Source of the DNA: Barthelona sp. PCE
Taxonomy: Eukaryota
DNA: 64,000 nucleotides
Direction: 5' to 3'
Assembly (NCBI GenBank): GCA_040285745.1
Contig: JAUFOR010000002.1
Location: forward strand, 1,240,001-1,304,000
The notes beneath the pieces are model-generated. The model saw only the letters and a list, made by a program, of their open reading frames with translations. It did no database searches and was not told the origin of the DNA. A program made the translations under genes and the position numbers. The number at the start of each line of letters is the position of its first letter. Positions within the stretch are counted from its first letter, which is position 1. Below are positions 20,990-30,660 of the stretch, piece by piece.

Positions 20990-22819
20990 TTATTGCAAGA
21001 ATATTGACTTAATTTGTGTCTGTGTAAACTCTGTGTTACATGTGGGACATGTCCTAGATCGTTTCGATCGTAATGTAGCAACACATTGACGACAAAAACA
21101 ATGACCACAATTTGACAGAACCACATTTTTCTCGTTCTTATAATCACACAATGAACAGCGGACCATGTGCGTGAGTGTATCAAGAGCACGTTGTGTATTT
21201 TCATCAACCGTAGTAACAGAATCAGGATCAATACCCTTATGACGAAGAATAGATTCAAGCCTACTGATTTTCTCCCTGAAATTCTCACGTTCAGTCGTAA
21301 TTTGCATCATCTCCTGTGTAAGAACATCAAAACGTTCATTAAATGTTTTGTTCTTTGATTCACTAATCTTCAATTCACTCTTCAGACTGTTAATTTTCGC
21401 TTCGCTCTTCTGGAACAGCTTCTCGAACTGTTTAATGTGTTTAGAATTGCGCTCTTGTTTAGTCTTTAGTGCATCATAATGCTCAACCTTCTTCTTAAAC
21501 TTGTTCTGTGTGTTGTCCAATCTGAGCTTCAGCTCCTCAATTAACTGGTTCTTACCAACCAATTCTTCATGTAACTCACTATTTGCTTTGGCTAAATCTA
21601 TCTTCTCAGTCTCCAACTTTGTGTAGTTTTCGAGGATACTCTTTAACTTATTCTCAGATTGCAGCAACCGGTTGTTAAGGCGTAACATCTCTTGTGCGTT
21701 AGTCTCATATATTTCACTGACTTCATCAAGTTCATTGAGTAGACCATCCTCACCTTCAACGCGACGTAACTTACACATCATTGTGAACTGTTTGGAGAGC
21801 TCCTTAACTTGCACGTTGATAGCCTCGTATTGTGCTGTAATATTACTGACCTCTTTTTCCATATCAAGGCTAAGATCATTCTCCGGAATGGCTTCCATCC
21901 CCTTATTACTTTGTTCTTTTTTATGAGATGAAATGAGCTTTAGTGCTTCACTCTTAAGAGTTGAAATACGTTCATTGATTGTAGCATTCAAATTCTTTAC
22001 CTTTTCGTCAAATACTTCTCTCATAAGATCTATCTCTGCATCTTTTTGTTTTAACTCGCTCTCAAGAACATCATTCTGCGATTTAAGCTCCTTGATCATA
22101 AGATTCTGTTCACGTTCACGATCTCCTTTATGCTCTTGCTCAAAAAACTCTCCATTCAACAACTTCTTGGTTTGCAAGAACTTTTCTGTATGAATAAAAG
22201 CGGCAAACATCTTGTTCTTTTCGTTCAGTTGATGTTGGAGACGTTCATGTTCTTCCTTCAAATTGGAATAATCCTCTGTCTTAAAAACATTGATAGTATT
22301 TTGGGGGACACGTTCAACAACTTCCTTCGTCTCCAATTGACGAATGATCTTCTTGTTCTCCGTTTGAAGACTCATAATCTCCTGTTTCTGACCCTGAACT
22401 CGTTTAGAAATCTGAATTATAGTGTGTTGTTGGCGTTTATCGACCTCATAGTTCCCCAGTGCAGTGGCAATACGGTCAAAGTCAAACAAGTTATCAATGT
22501 CTGACACGAGGTTCTTAACAGCCTGAATTGCTTCACCAACCTCTGTGGATAAAGCAGCTTGATTAGGGGATCCCATCATAAGTTTGGTGTAAAGAGCAGT
22601 GTGTTCTTTGACCTGACCGCTCGACAGGAACTTTAACTGAATCAGAGCACGTGCAAACCAATCCAATGAATCAGAAAGCTTCTTATTCTCAGCCTCAAGC
22701 GTTTTTACCTTGGTTTTGGACTGGTTCAGATCGTGTTTGTGTTCCAAAAGGCACTGCCGAAGACCGAAAAGCGCCTGATGTTCAATTTCATACTTATCGT
22801 CCGATTGAACAGCTTCCAT
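20990..22819 (-). CDS. BRE1: BRE1-like RING E3 ubiquitin ligase
   Basis: Long coiled coil and terminal C3HC4 RING (CSLC...CGHCFCRQC...RSRTCPTC...IFL). Confidence 0.75.
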   Translation of the reverse strand: MEAVQSDDKYEIEHQALFGLRQCLLEHKHDLNQSKTKVKTLEAENKKLSDSLDWFARALIQLKFLSSGQVKEHTALYTKLMMGSPNQAALSTEVGEAIQAVKNLVSDIDNLFDFDRIATALGNYEVDKRQQHTIIQISKRVQGQKQEIMSLQTENKKIIRQLETKEVVERVPQNTINVFKTEDYSNLKEEHERLQHQLNEKNKMFAAFIHTEKFLQTKKLLNGEFFEQEHKGDREREQNLMIKELKSQNDVLESELKQKDAEIDLMREVFDEKVKNLNATINERISTLKSEALKLISSHKKEQSNKGMEAIPENDLSLDMEKEVSNITAQYEAINVQVKELSKQFTMMCKLRRVEGEDGLLNELDEVSEIYETNAQEMLRLNNRLLQSENKLKSILENYTKLETEKIDLAKANSELHEELVGKNQLIEELKLRLDNTQNKFKKKVEHYDALKTKQERNSKHIKQFEKLFQKSEAKINSLKSELKISESKNKTFNERFDVLTQEMMQITTERENFREKISRLESILRHKGIDPDSVTTVDENTQRALDTLTHMVRCSLCDYKNEKNVVLSNCGHCFCRQCVATLRSKRSRTCPTCNTEFTQTQIKSIFLQ

Positions 22820-23207
22820 CGCTTATTTGTCAACAATGTATTGAAAAAGTAAAGGGCGGAGGGGGTACAGGGATGCTCCGACGAATAGAGCTTGTGATAT
22901 AAGTAAGATTCGTGAAATATTGATTTCTTGTAATAACTTGTGATAACAAAAAATTTAAAATAGTGAGTGCCACGTTTATGATGTATTCCACTCTCTCTCC
23001 ATTCTATAATGTACTGTTGAGAATATCCCTGTATAAGAACCTGTTTTATGGCTTTTTCACAAGAACAAGGAATTGGTCGTCAACAAAAGTACTGTACTTA
23101 CGTTTTTACACCACATACCTCAATATAAAACAAAAAACATCCTTGTTTCGATTTCTTATCCTTATCCTTGTTTCTTGATTTTAATCAGTTGTCTCAGCTT
23201 TTTTTTA

Positions 23208-24158
23208 ATGCCCACAATCGTTGAACATGATGACAGCGTAAATGAACTTAATGCTGTGCCATTAAATTTTAGTATAGATAAAAGGATGACTTATAACAAC
23301 TCAATGTCTTCAAACGGTCGGTATTTGGTTATACGCCAGGATGAATTTATTGTTTTTGAATACTCAGAAGAGAATAAGTGTTATGAGAAACTTTCATCAA
23401 TCAATTGCGATAAAGACGTTGTCTGGTGTTTTATGACCAATGATGGGTATGTTGTTCTAGGTGATCACTACTCCAACAACGTGTACGACGGTATCAGTGG
23501 TAAACTAACTGTCGAAACCGATATGTATGGTTTTGAGGAAGAAGCTTATGGATTATGCGTGTCCAATACCCTTGTCAATGGCTACATATGTGCCGCTGGT
23601 ATGTGCGGAGAGCTTCTGATTATGCAGTGTTTATTAGAAGATGAAACATGTCGCCTTTCAGTAATGACAGAAGACGTTTTCTGCACTGAAAGTGGTAGTG
23701 ATGATGCACCTGAAACCGGATACAGCTCTGTACATATTGCAGAGGATAACAGACATGTTTTTGGACTTTCTGACGAAAACCAAGTATACGTGTATTGTAT
23801 CGATACTGAAGAGATGATTGTACGACAGGTGGATACATCTGTAGATGGCTGCTTTGTATCAGGATCAGTAGACACTGGATTTTGGTTGAGCAGCTATAAT
23901 TGCAAAACACTCTATTATATCGACCCTGAATTCAACTTTGGCACATGCATAGAACGTGAAAATGCTAAATTTGTCACTTACAACAAAGACTATACCCATG
24001 GAAAATACGTAATTGATGGTAATATTGTAACGATTGATTTGAATAGCTCTGAGCAAGTTTCCGTAGTCCCAATTGGTGTTGAAGGACATCGCTGTATTGA
24101 TGGCAGCATATATTATTGTGTCGACGGTGTATCTTATATTGTAAGATGTGGCTTCTAG
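23208..24158 (+). CDS. Hypothetical beta-rich (propeller-like) protein; paralog of 49976-50833
   Basis: First ATG at 23208; shares the LGD(H/D)Y...EE..G..VS...C..G.L pattern with ORF 49976. Confidence 0.65.
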   Translation: MPTIVEHDDSVNELNAVPLNFSIDKRMTYNNSMSSNGRYLVIRQDEFIVFEYSEENKCYEKLSSINCDKDVVWCFMTNDGYVVLGDHYSNNVYDGISGKLTVETDMYGFEEEAYGLCVSNTLVNGYICAAGMCGELLIMQCLLEDETCRLSVMTEDVFCTESGSDDAPETGYSSVHIAEDNRHVFGLSDENQVYVYCIDTEEMIVRQVDTSVDGCFVSGSVDTGFWLSSYNCKTLYYIDPEFNFGTCIERENAKFVTYNKDYTHGKYVIDGNIVTIDLNSSEQVSVVPIGVEGHRCIDGSIYYCVDGVSYIVRCGF

Positions 24159-24182
24159 TAAACTTAATGTATTGATGGGTAA

Positions 24183-24629
24183 CTAATCAGGAACTGCAAA
24201 ACAATAATATAGAGCTTCTTTCCTCAATGATTCAACAAAGGAAGGATTGGCAAACTTAATAATATACACACAATCAACAAAATCTTCTAGATCATAGGTA
24301 TCTAGAGAATCATTAAAGTTTGGGTAATCTGGCTTGGAATGAGATGAACTGATCAGCTGTATCTGTGAAATTACCTGATTCATGATCTGATAGGCCCATT
24401 TCTCATTGTGATAAGCGTGTGTTCGGAAATCTTCGCGAGATATCTGTTGTGAAAGGCACCATGGAAGATCTTTGCTATTTTCATGGACAATCATATCCGC
24501 GTAAGCCCTAAGAAACCATAATTTTGTATTGGGAATGGTGTTAAAATCTGGATGAGCGCTTATAATATTTAGCTTCACAACATCATCATTTATCTCATCT
24601 GTGATGACCTCAAATATAGGAATGAACAT
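24183..24629 (-). CDS. Hypothetical protein
   Basis: 148-aa ATG-initiated ORF that fills the gap and converges on the previous gene. Confidence 0.5.
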   Translation of the reverse strand: MFIPIFEVITDEINDDVVKLNIISAHPDFNTIPNTKLWFLRAYADMIVHENSKDLPWCLSQQISREDFRTHAYHNEKWAYQIMNQVISQIQLISSSHSKPDYPNFNDSLDTYDLEDFVDCVYIIKFANPSFVESLRKEALYYCFAVPD

Positions 24630-24810
24630 CTTGAGCCAATTTAAAAAAAAAGGCGATGCAAAAGAGAAGATAAAACAGAATAAAAGTGTTTACTCGAATA
24701 AATAGCGAAGAATTAAGCTGGCCTTACACATGGTACACATTTTGAGAACCATACAAGTGTATAAAGAAGGCAATTGAAAATCAACAAATCAAGAAGAAAA
24801 TTCAATATTC

Positions 24811-24943
24811 GGTGACATACAGGCGCTAGCCTTCAGACTTTATACTTGAGGTAGTAAACAGCGGAGGGGGACGAAGCGAACCGTCATGTGTAGTAGGTGT
24901 CCGTAGGACCCGATACGGTTTTTCTTACCTTTTTCAAAAAAAA
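24811..24943 (+). repeat. Split direct repeat A1
   Basis: Identical to 30661-30794 apart from the terminal A-run (8 vs 9 A). Confidence 0.97.
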
Positions 24944-24980
24944 TCTTACTTTAGTATTGCTGCGCAAGAAATTAATTGCA

Positions 24981-25346
24981 ATGACATACTTTAGAGCGGA
25001 AAGGCAAACGAAAGAACAAGTTGCGCGCGCTATCCAGCATAGATGCGAGACGTATATTGCGCGCCTGAGTGTCGTGGTTATGGAGACCTTGTGCAAGGTC
25101 CACGAGGCGGATCCCGCCGGTAAAGCCCACTTGATTGAGGCTCTCCCGAGTTACGGGTGCGGCGAGTACGCCGACGTAATGCTCTCACCGTGCGTGTTGA
25201 GCGAGGACTTCCGGGGGTGGTTACAAGCATTGGGCGAAGATGAAAGTCAACAAGGTGTTGACAAGGTCCTTCCAGCAATTTCCTTTAGCCTAGAGAGGTT
25301 TAGGGAACTTGCAAATCTTTTGGCATGCGCCCATCCAAGTCATTAG
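24981..25346 (+). CDS. Retrotransposon ORF0, unknown function (121 aa)
   Basis: First ATG after A1 (MTYFRAERQ...); overlaps the start of ORF1 by 22 nt. Confidence 0.5.
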   Translation: MTYFRAERQTKEQVARAIQHRCETYIARLSVVVMETLCKVHEADPAGKAHLIEALPSYGCGEYADVMLSPCVLSEDFRGWLQALGEDESQQGVDKVLPAISFSLERFRELANLLACAHPSH

Positions 25347-26476
25347 CCAAGAATATTGAGGAGTCGGACATTAGAGGAGTCCGGGAGATGATTAGAGCTG
25401 CCGAAAATCACTGGAAGGCAGCTCCGGCTCTCATAACGCAGGAACTGGATGCGTTCAGGGCAGCAAAGAGGGAGGCCGACAAGATCGAGGGAATATCGGA
25501 CGTCGACAAGAAACAGCTCATCAAGACGATTACGCAACAGGTAACGCATGCGAAGGAGCAGGCGCTGAACGAGACGCGGAAGCAGACAATGGCCGCGTGG
25601 GAAGAAGAACCATCCGATGACGAGACCGACACCCAGCACACGTCTTCGAACGCAGGAATGAACACCGCCATGCAGATCGCAAGGGACGCTACCGCTTTGG
25701 TGAGCGAGACGATGAAAGAGGCCAGGCAGAGTAGGATGAGAGCCACAACCTATAACGAACCTTTCGATGCGGGCATCCAACAAGACAAACTACTCAGGAA
25801 GGTCAAACACCAATGGCAAAGAGGTCTGACATACGATAAGTTTACTGCCGCCATGGACAAGTTCCTCGAGGCGGAGATAAAGCGCAACCCCACGATCTTC
25901 GCTGGCGATATTGATCTCGGGCTCTGGAAAGCGGACGACGTCCTTCCGGACGCGTTTGTTGAGGAGGTGACGGACGACCACAAGGATAATTGGTTCCGCG
26001 AGTGGCAAATTCGTCTGAGGGACTTCAAGACGATCTACGAGGACAAGGTCGGATCCCAGTATGAACACGAGTGGCAAACCAAGCGTTTGTACTTGCTGAT
26101 GGAAGCCGCAGCGGAAATGGCGTTGGGAGACACTCTCCTACTAATCGGCAAGCTGTATGAGGAACGGCCACACCTCATCCCGACCTTCATCGCTGCCGTC
26201 TCTCCATATGGTCCCAGCCGGGCCAACAGGGCGTCAGGTATCTACAACGACGAACTCAACGTCGACCACGTGCCTGACAACTGGGTTGACGAGAATCGCG
26301 TGAAGCAATTCCTCACTAAGACGCTGGGAGTCGGTAGCTCCGGCATCATGGTCGAGTTTGACCCCACCGCCACCAAGAAGGCGTTCAACCATTCCACGAG
26401 AGCCCCCAAGCGCACGCACCGTCCTAAGACGCAAAAGAAGAAACAAGCGTTTAGCGCCAAAGAGGAGGAGAAGTGA
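25325..26476 (+). CDS. Retrotransposon ORF1, putative Gag-like protein
   Basis: 383 aa, helical with a basic C-terminus; assigned by position upstream of RT. Confidence 0.7.
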   Translation: MRPSKSLAKNIEESDIRGVREMIRAAENHWKAAPALITQELDAFRAAKREADKIEGISDVDKKQLIKTITQQVTHAKEQALNETRKQTMAAWEEEPSDDETDTQHTSSNAGMNTAMQIARDATALVSETMKEARQSRMRATTYNEPFDAGIQQDKLLRKVKHQWQRGLTYDKFTAAMDKFLEAEIKRNPTIFAGDIDLGLWKADDVLPDAFVEEVTDDHKDNWFREWQIRLRDFKTIYEDKVGSQYEHEWQTKRLYLLMEAAAEMALGDTLLLIGKLYEERPHLIPTFIAAVSPYGPSRANRASGIYNDELNVDHVPDNWVDENRVKQFLTKTLGVGSSGIMVEFDPTATKKAFNHSTRAPKRTHRPKTQKKKQAFSAKEEEK

Positions 26477-28834
26477 AATCGTTCGTCTCCCCCCGCGCGC
26501 GATAGTAAATATCTATCCGACAAGGGCGTGGGAGACGCAAATGATCCCAATGCGGTCACAGCGCTCGCGGACAGGGTCGGCGAGCTCTCCATCGAGAACG
26601 TCAAATTGAAGAAGGAGATCAAGAGCCTCAAGAAGGAAATCCCTAAGAAGCAACTCAAAGCCGCGAAGATGGAACTTCGCGCAGCTACCAAACTCGTGGA
26701 GCTCGAAGACAAAAGACTAGAAGCCATCAAAGCTCGGGAAAGGAGCACACAGAAAACAAAAGCACCTGAGGACGTTAAACGGGATAAGCCCCGTAAGGAG
26801 AAAGCACCAACAGCTACTAGCGTGCAGAAGATGATCTCCAAGGAGATCAACAAACTCAAACACGAGGTTGTAGATGAGCGGAATAACGTCCAAATCTCAA
26901 GAAATCCGAAGGAGGTAGTCGGCACAGACACCATGCAGTGGCCGGCCGCGGCGCCACCAGTAGCTCTGCTGAAGCACCTCCCACCCGACATCTTCCAGAA
27001 GGGCGGCCCAAGTCAACGAGTACTCAAAGAGGTGGTCCTAGGGGTTACCGGAACATGGGATATCCTCGGAACAGACCAGATGAAGATCAATTCAGCCGAC
27101 ACGCCCACGGAACAGTTCGTTAGGGACGCCGCGCGCGTCGCTGGCCTCAGCTGCGAAGAAATTGAGAAGACAGTCCGACTGCTCGTGACTGAGGGCGTAA
27201 CGCGCGACATGGTCGTTATCGAAGGAAAGAAGCCTCGCAGGCAGGAGCCAGTACGTCACTGGTACAAAGACGACGCTGTCGAATTGAACCTGGCCGTAAC
27301 CGCGCTCAAAAGTAAGGACCTGATCAAAGAGGTCCCCATCGAAGAGATCGAGGACGAACGAAGGGCATTCATTTCCATCGGCGCGGTCCCGAAGAATGCA
27401 GAACCGGACTCAAACAACATGTTCGCTCCGACGCAGAAGTTCGAATTTGACGTCACATCGCCGGACAACGAGCACAGGGTTATCGTCGACTGTACTAACA
27501 CGAACTCTATGTTCGCCAACATTCCAATGGAACTCATCAAAACCCACTCTCTCGAGATTGTCATGGGTGGCAATCTCATGTATTCCGTCGACGCAAAGGA
27601 TGGTTTCACGCTCATTCCACTGGACGAAGAGCTACAAAAACTGTTCTCATTTACACACGAAGGTAAGCTTTATCAATGCACTAGAATGCCGTTCGGAGTT
27701 TCATTCGGCCCGGCCATCTTCGCCCGCATGATGAACCTGGCAACGACCGCAATGCGTGCGTTGGGATTCAACATCTGGAGCTACGTCGACGACGCTTTCG
27801 GATGGGAACGATCCCTCAGCAAAGCGAGGAACTCGATGATGCTGTTCATAATCATCGCGTCGAAACTTGGCATCAAGCTAAACTACAAAAAGTCCGTCAG
27901 TCCTTCGTACAAATTGGACATCATCGGCTACACGCTGAGCACCGACGACCAGTCTGACGGCGGCCGGCTAGTCTCAACAATTAGACCGTCGGACAAGAAC
28001 ATCAGAAAGATCAGAGAGATGGCTCGCGTAATGCGAAATAGAATCGACACAGCAGAACAAATCCCTGTCAGGGACATCATGAAGCTCGATGGCAAACTTG
28101 TATCATTTGCCAACGCCTCGACGATTCTTCAGCGGGTTCACCTACAGCTACAAGCAGTACTGAAGGATCTCGACGCCCAATACGATAACGCGATATTTGA
28201 CTCGAGCAGGAACAAGGGCCTACGCCTTCTCCTACCTCTTCCACTAGCCGACGCACTCACGAGCATCGTTGAATGTAACTTTGAACCGAAGACGCTGAGC
28301 TGCGGTAGAGCTAAGGTAACATTACTGAGCGACGCCATGAAGGACCAGAAACATATAGGCATTGGAGCGAAGGCATACCCAGACGACGACCAAGAGCTCT
28401 CGTTCGAACTTCTCCACAGGATGGGAGTGAACGAGCAAGGAGCAAGAAGGATGTTGACACTTCTCGACGATCTGCCAGAACAGGAAAGAGTAGACATCGA
28501 GCAGAACACTGTCGCAACAATCGCGGAGCAGGAGATGGTACCGATCGTCGAGCTACTCAAGACTAAGGGCAGACAGCTGAGGAACACCGAAGTCGTCTGG
28601 TATTGCGACAACACGAACGTATGCGCCGCTGTCGCGAAGGGCTACAGCAAAAACAAGGTCCTCAACAAGGGGGGCCCGCATAGTGATGGAACTGTGCGAA
28701 ATGTGGGACGTGATCGTCACACCAATCTACATCAACTCAGAACAGAATTATCTTCCAGACAGCATCTCAAGAGGAGCATCGTCGGAGTCGTGGACCAACT
28801 CTACGACATTCGTGCACGAGATTCTCCCAGCTAG
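26477..28834 (+). CDS. Reverse transcriptase plus N-terminal part of RNase H
   Basis: RVIVDC, MYSVDAKDGF, YQCTRMPFGVSFGPAIF, SYVDD, LGIKLNYKKS; RNase H motifs LLSDA, AEQE, WYCDN. The frame is open from the ORF1 TGA; first ATG at 26669. Confidence 0.93.
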   Translation, partial: NRSSPPARDSKYLSDKGVGDANDPNAVTALADRVGELSIENVKLKKEIKSLKKEIPKKQLKAAKMELRAATKLVELEDKRLEAIKARERSTQKTKAPEDVKRDKPRKEKAPTATSVQKMISKEINKLKHEVVDERNNVQISRNPKEVVGTDTMQWPAAAPPVALLKHLPPDIFQKGGPSQRVLKEVVLGVTGTWDILGTDQMKINSADTPTEQFVRDAARVAGLSCEEIEKTVRLLVTEGVTRDMVVIEGKKPRRQEPVRHWYKDDAVELNLAVTALKSKDLIKEVPIEEIEDERRAFISIGAVPKNAEPDSNNMFAPTQKFEFDVTSPDNEHRVIVDCTNTNSMFANIPMELIKTHSLEIVMGGNLMYSVDAKDGFTLIPLDEELQKLFSFTHEGKLYQCTRMPFGVSFGPAIFARMMNLATTAMRALGFNIWSYVDDAFGWERSLSKARNSMMLFIIIASKLGIKLNYKKSVSPSYKLDIIGYTLSTDDQSDGGRLVSTIRPSDKNIRKIREMARVMRNRIDTAEQIPVRDIMKLDGKLVSFANASTILQRVHLQLQAVLKDLDAQYDNAIFDSSRNKGLRLLLPLPLADALTSIVECNFEPKTLSCGRAKVTLLSDAMKDQKHIGIGAKAYPDDDQELSFELLHRMGVNEQGARRMLTLLDDLPEQERVDIEQNTVATIAEQEMVPIVELLKTKGRQLRNTEVVWYCDNTNVCAAVAKGYSKNKVLNKGGPHSDGTVRNVGRDRHTNLHQLRTELSSRQHLKRSIVGVVDQLYDIRARDSPS

Positions 28835-30644
28835 GGTAATCGAGTTCAAGACATCCGTCGTCGCAAGCCTCTACGAACCTGGACACATCCCAGCACTGTA
28901 CGTCCGCGGTTTCCAGCCCACAAAAGGAAAGTCCAGGAGATCAACGAAAGCCGCACATGTGACAAGACAATGTCTCGGACAAGACCTTATCTCTCTAGGC
29001 GAGTATGACCTCAAACGGAATGCGCTCAAGGTCGACAATGTTGCGAACGGGACTGCACACTGTACAGGTAAGCTCAAAATCGTCGAAGGATTCGATGACA
29101 CAAGATACACCGTCCCTCTATCGAATATGGCGATCATCACGAGAGACAACGAAAGAATCGAGGCAACAGTTCCGACTTACTCCGCAGCCACAAGCTTAGA
29201 GATAGTCATTCTCAAAGTGTGCAGAACCGGCGCGGAAGTAGATGTGATCCTCCCCGGACCACTCCCGTCTTGCCCATTGTGGGCTACAATCACACAAAAG
29301 ACCATCCCATTAAGTGATGGATCCATAAAGATAAGAGTTACGAGAGAAAAGGTTCTCGGCGGCGAACCCGAGGACTACAAGCCCGCTGGAGCACGCACTC
29401 AGAACCCGGTACAGGTACGGGGCAAATCACTATCTCTGGCAGATCTGTTCGCCATCCCACCGTCGATGGACTACGACGAAGTGCTCGAACTCTTTCTGAA
29501 AAAAGGAGCGCACCAACCAACGAGGAACATGCTACATCGCTTCGGGAACTTCGTTCAAAAGGTGCACAGCACAGAAATAGTGGACGTCGCATGCCCAGGA
29601 AACGAAAAGAGACTTGAAGAGCTGATAATCGAGTTCAGATTCAGACTCGAACAGGAAACAAAATCGAAGAGGCGTGCGAACGGCGACACCACCGAAGTAT
29701 GGAGGTACACCTCAGATACGATTAACAGTTACATTTTCCACCTGCGTAAAGGACTGCTGGTTCTGAAAATGTTCATCACCGACAAGAAATCTCTCCTCAC
29801 GACCGAAGAACTCGAGCAACTCGTCCAGCTTAGGGCGGCAGTAATCAGATGCACACTGAGCGAGAGCTCAGAAACACAGAAATTCGCCATCAGCACGTCA
29901 GCAATCAGATTCCTGGCGGCAAGAGAGATTGAAGAGCTTAAAGCACTGGTCCAGGAAGGTACCACGAAGAAGAAGGCCCTTCAGAAGCTAAACAAAGTAA
30001 GAAGAAGAATTGCTATGATGTCATCAATGTACAACTTAGGATGCAGAGCGGCGTCTCTTGCCGCAGTCAAGACCCACCAAATTGAAGTCTCAAAATCCGG
30101 CGATGTCACGGTAACGCTGGACAAAGTGAAGAACCAACAGGGTCGACCAACCAGCTACATGATCCCCAGAAACGTATGGGAGCTGGGCACACTGCACGAC
30201 TATTTAAACGACGCTGTGCAAAGAGCAAAAGAAGGAGGTAAAGAGTTTATTTTCTCGAACGGCGGAGAAGCCCAGAGCGTCTCGAATGCATTAAACACCA
30301 TGTTCCGAGATTACAACGAGAAAATCAAGCAATCTGACCACAAGAATGCAAGCAAATTCAGAGTATTCAAAATGACAGCTCATGGCCTTAGAGCCGGCAG
30401 GGCAAAAGAGATAGCACAACATCCAGATGCGACTGTACGAGTATCAGCGCAAGGAATGGGTCTCTGGAAGGATGTGAAGGCGATGAACCTTGACTATCTC
30501 ACGAAACCACTATTGACGTTTGAGGAACGAGAGGTGTTGAGTCCGATGGAATTGGAAGGATGGGTTTTAGGCCACTTCCCGGACGAAACACCCTCTACAC
30601 GTGAAGGCGAGCCTTCCCACGTGAGCGTTCCCCGACGTCAATAA
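28683..30644 (+). CDS. RNase H C-terminus, degenerate methyltransferase-like region and tyrosine recombinase
   Basis: IYINSEQNYLPDSISR (RNase H end); YR catalytic set LGCRAAS (R), DKVKN (K), AHGLR (HxxR), MGLW (W), LDY (Y). Confidence 0.9.
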   Translation: MMELCEMWDVIVTPIYINSEQNYLPDSISRGASSESWTNSTTFVHEILPARVIEFKTSVVASLYEPGHIPALYVRGFQPTKGKSRRSTKAAHVTRQCLGQDLISLGEYDLKRNALKVDNVANGTAHCTGKLKIVEGFDDTRYTVPLSNMAIITRDNERIEATVPTYSAATSLEIVILKVCRTGAEVDVILPGPLPSCPLWATITQKTIPLSDGSIKIRVTREKVLGGEPEDYKPAGARTQNPVQVRGKSLSLADLFAIPPSMDYDEVLELFLKKGAHQPTRNMLHRFGNFVQKVHSTEIVDVACPGNEKRLEELIIEFRFRLEQETKSKRRANGDTTEVWRYTSDTINSYIFHLRKGLLVLKMFITDKKSLLTTEELEQLVQLRAAVIRCTLSESSETQKFAISTSAIRFLAAREIEELKALVQEGTTKKKALQKLNKVRRRIAMMSSMYNLGCRAASLAAVKTHQIEVSKSGDVTVTLDKVKNQQGRPTSYMIPRNVWELGTLHDYLNDAVQRAKEGGKEFIFSNGGEAQSVSNALNTMFRDYNEKIKQSDHKNASKFRVFKMTAHGLRAGRAKEIAQHPDATVRVSAQGMGLWKDVKAMNLDYLTKPLLTFEEREVLSPMELEGWVLGHFPDETPSTREGEPSHVSVPRRQ

Positions 30645-30660
30645 ACCTACTTCAGTATAA
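30562..30660 (+). repeat. Split direct repeat B1 (99 bp); contains the YR stop codon and AATAAA
   Basis: Identical to 30795-30893. Confidence 0.97.

Noticed and set aside
26242-26991. 249-aa antisense ORF inside the retrotransposon
   Set aside because: Ser/Leu/Phe-rich mirror of Lys/Glu-rich sense codons, with no motif.
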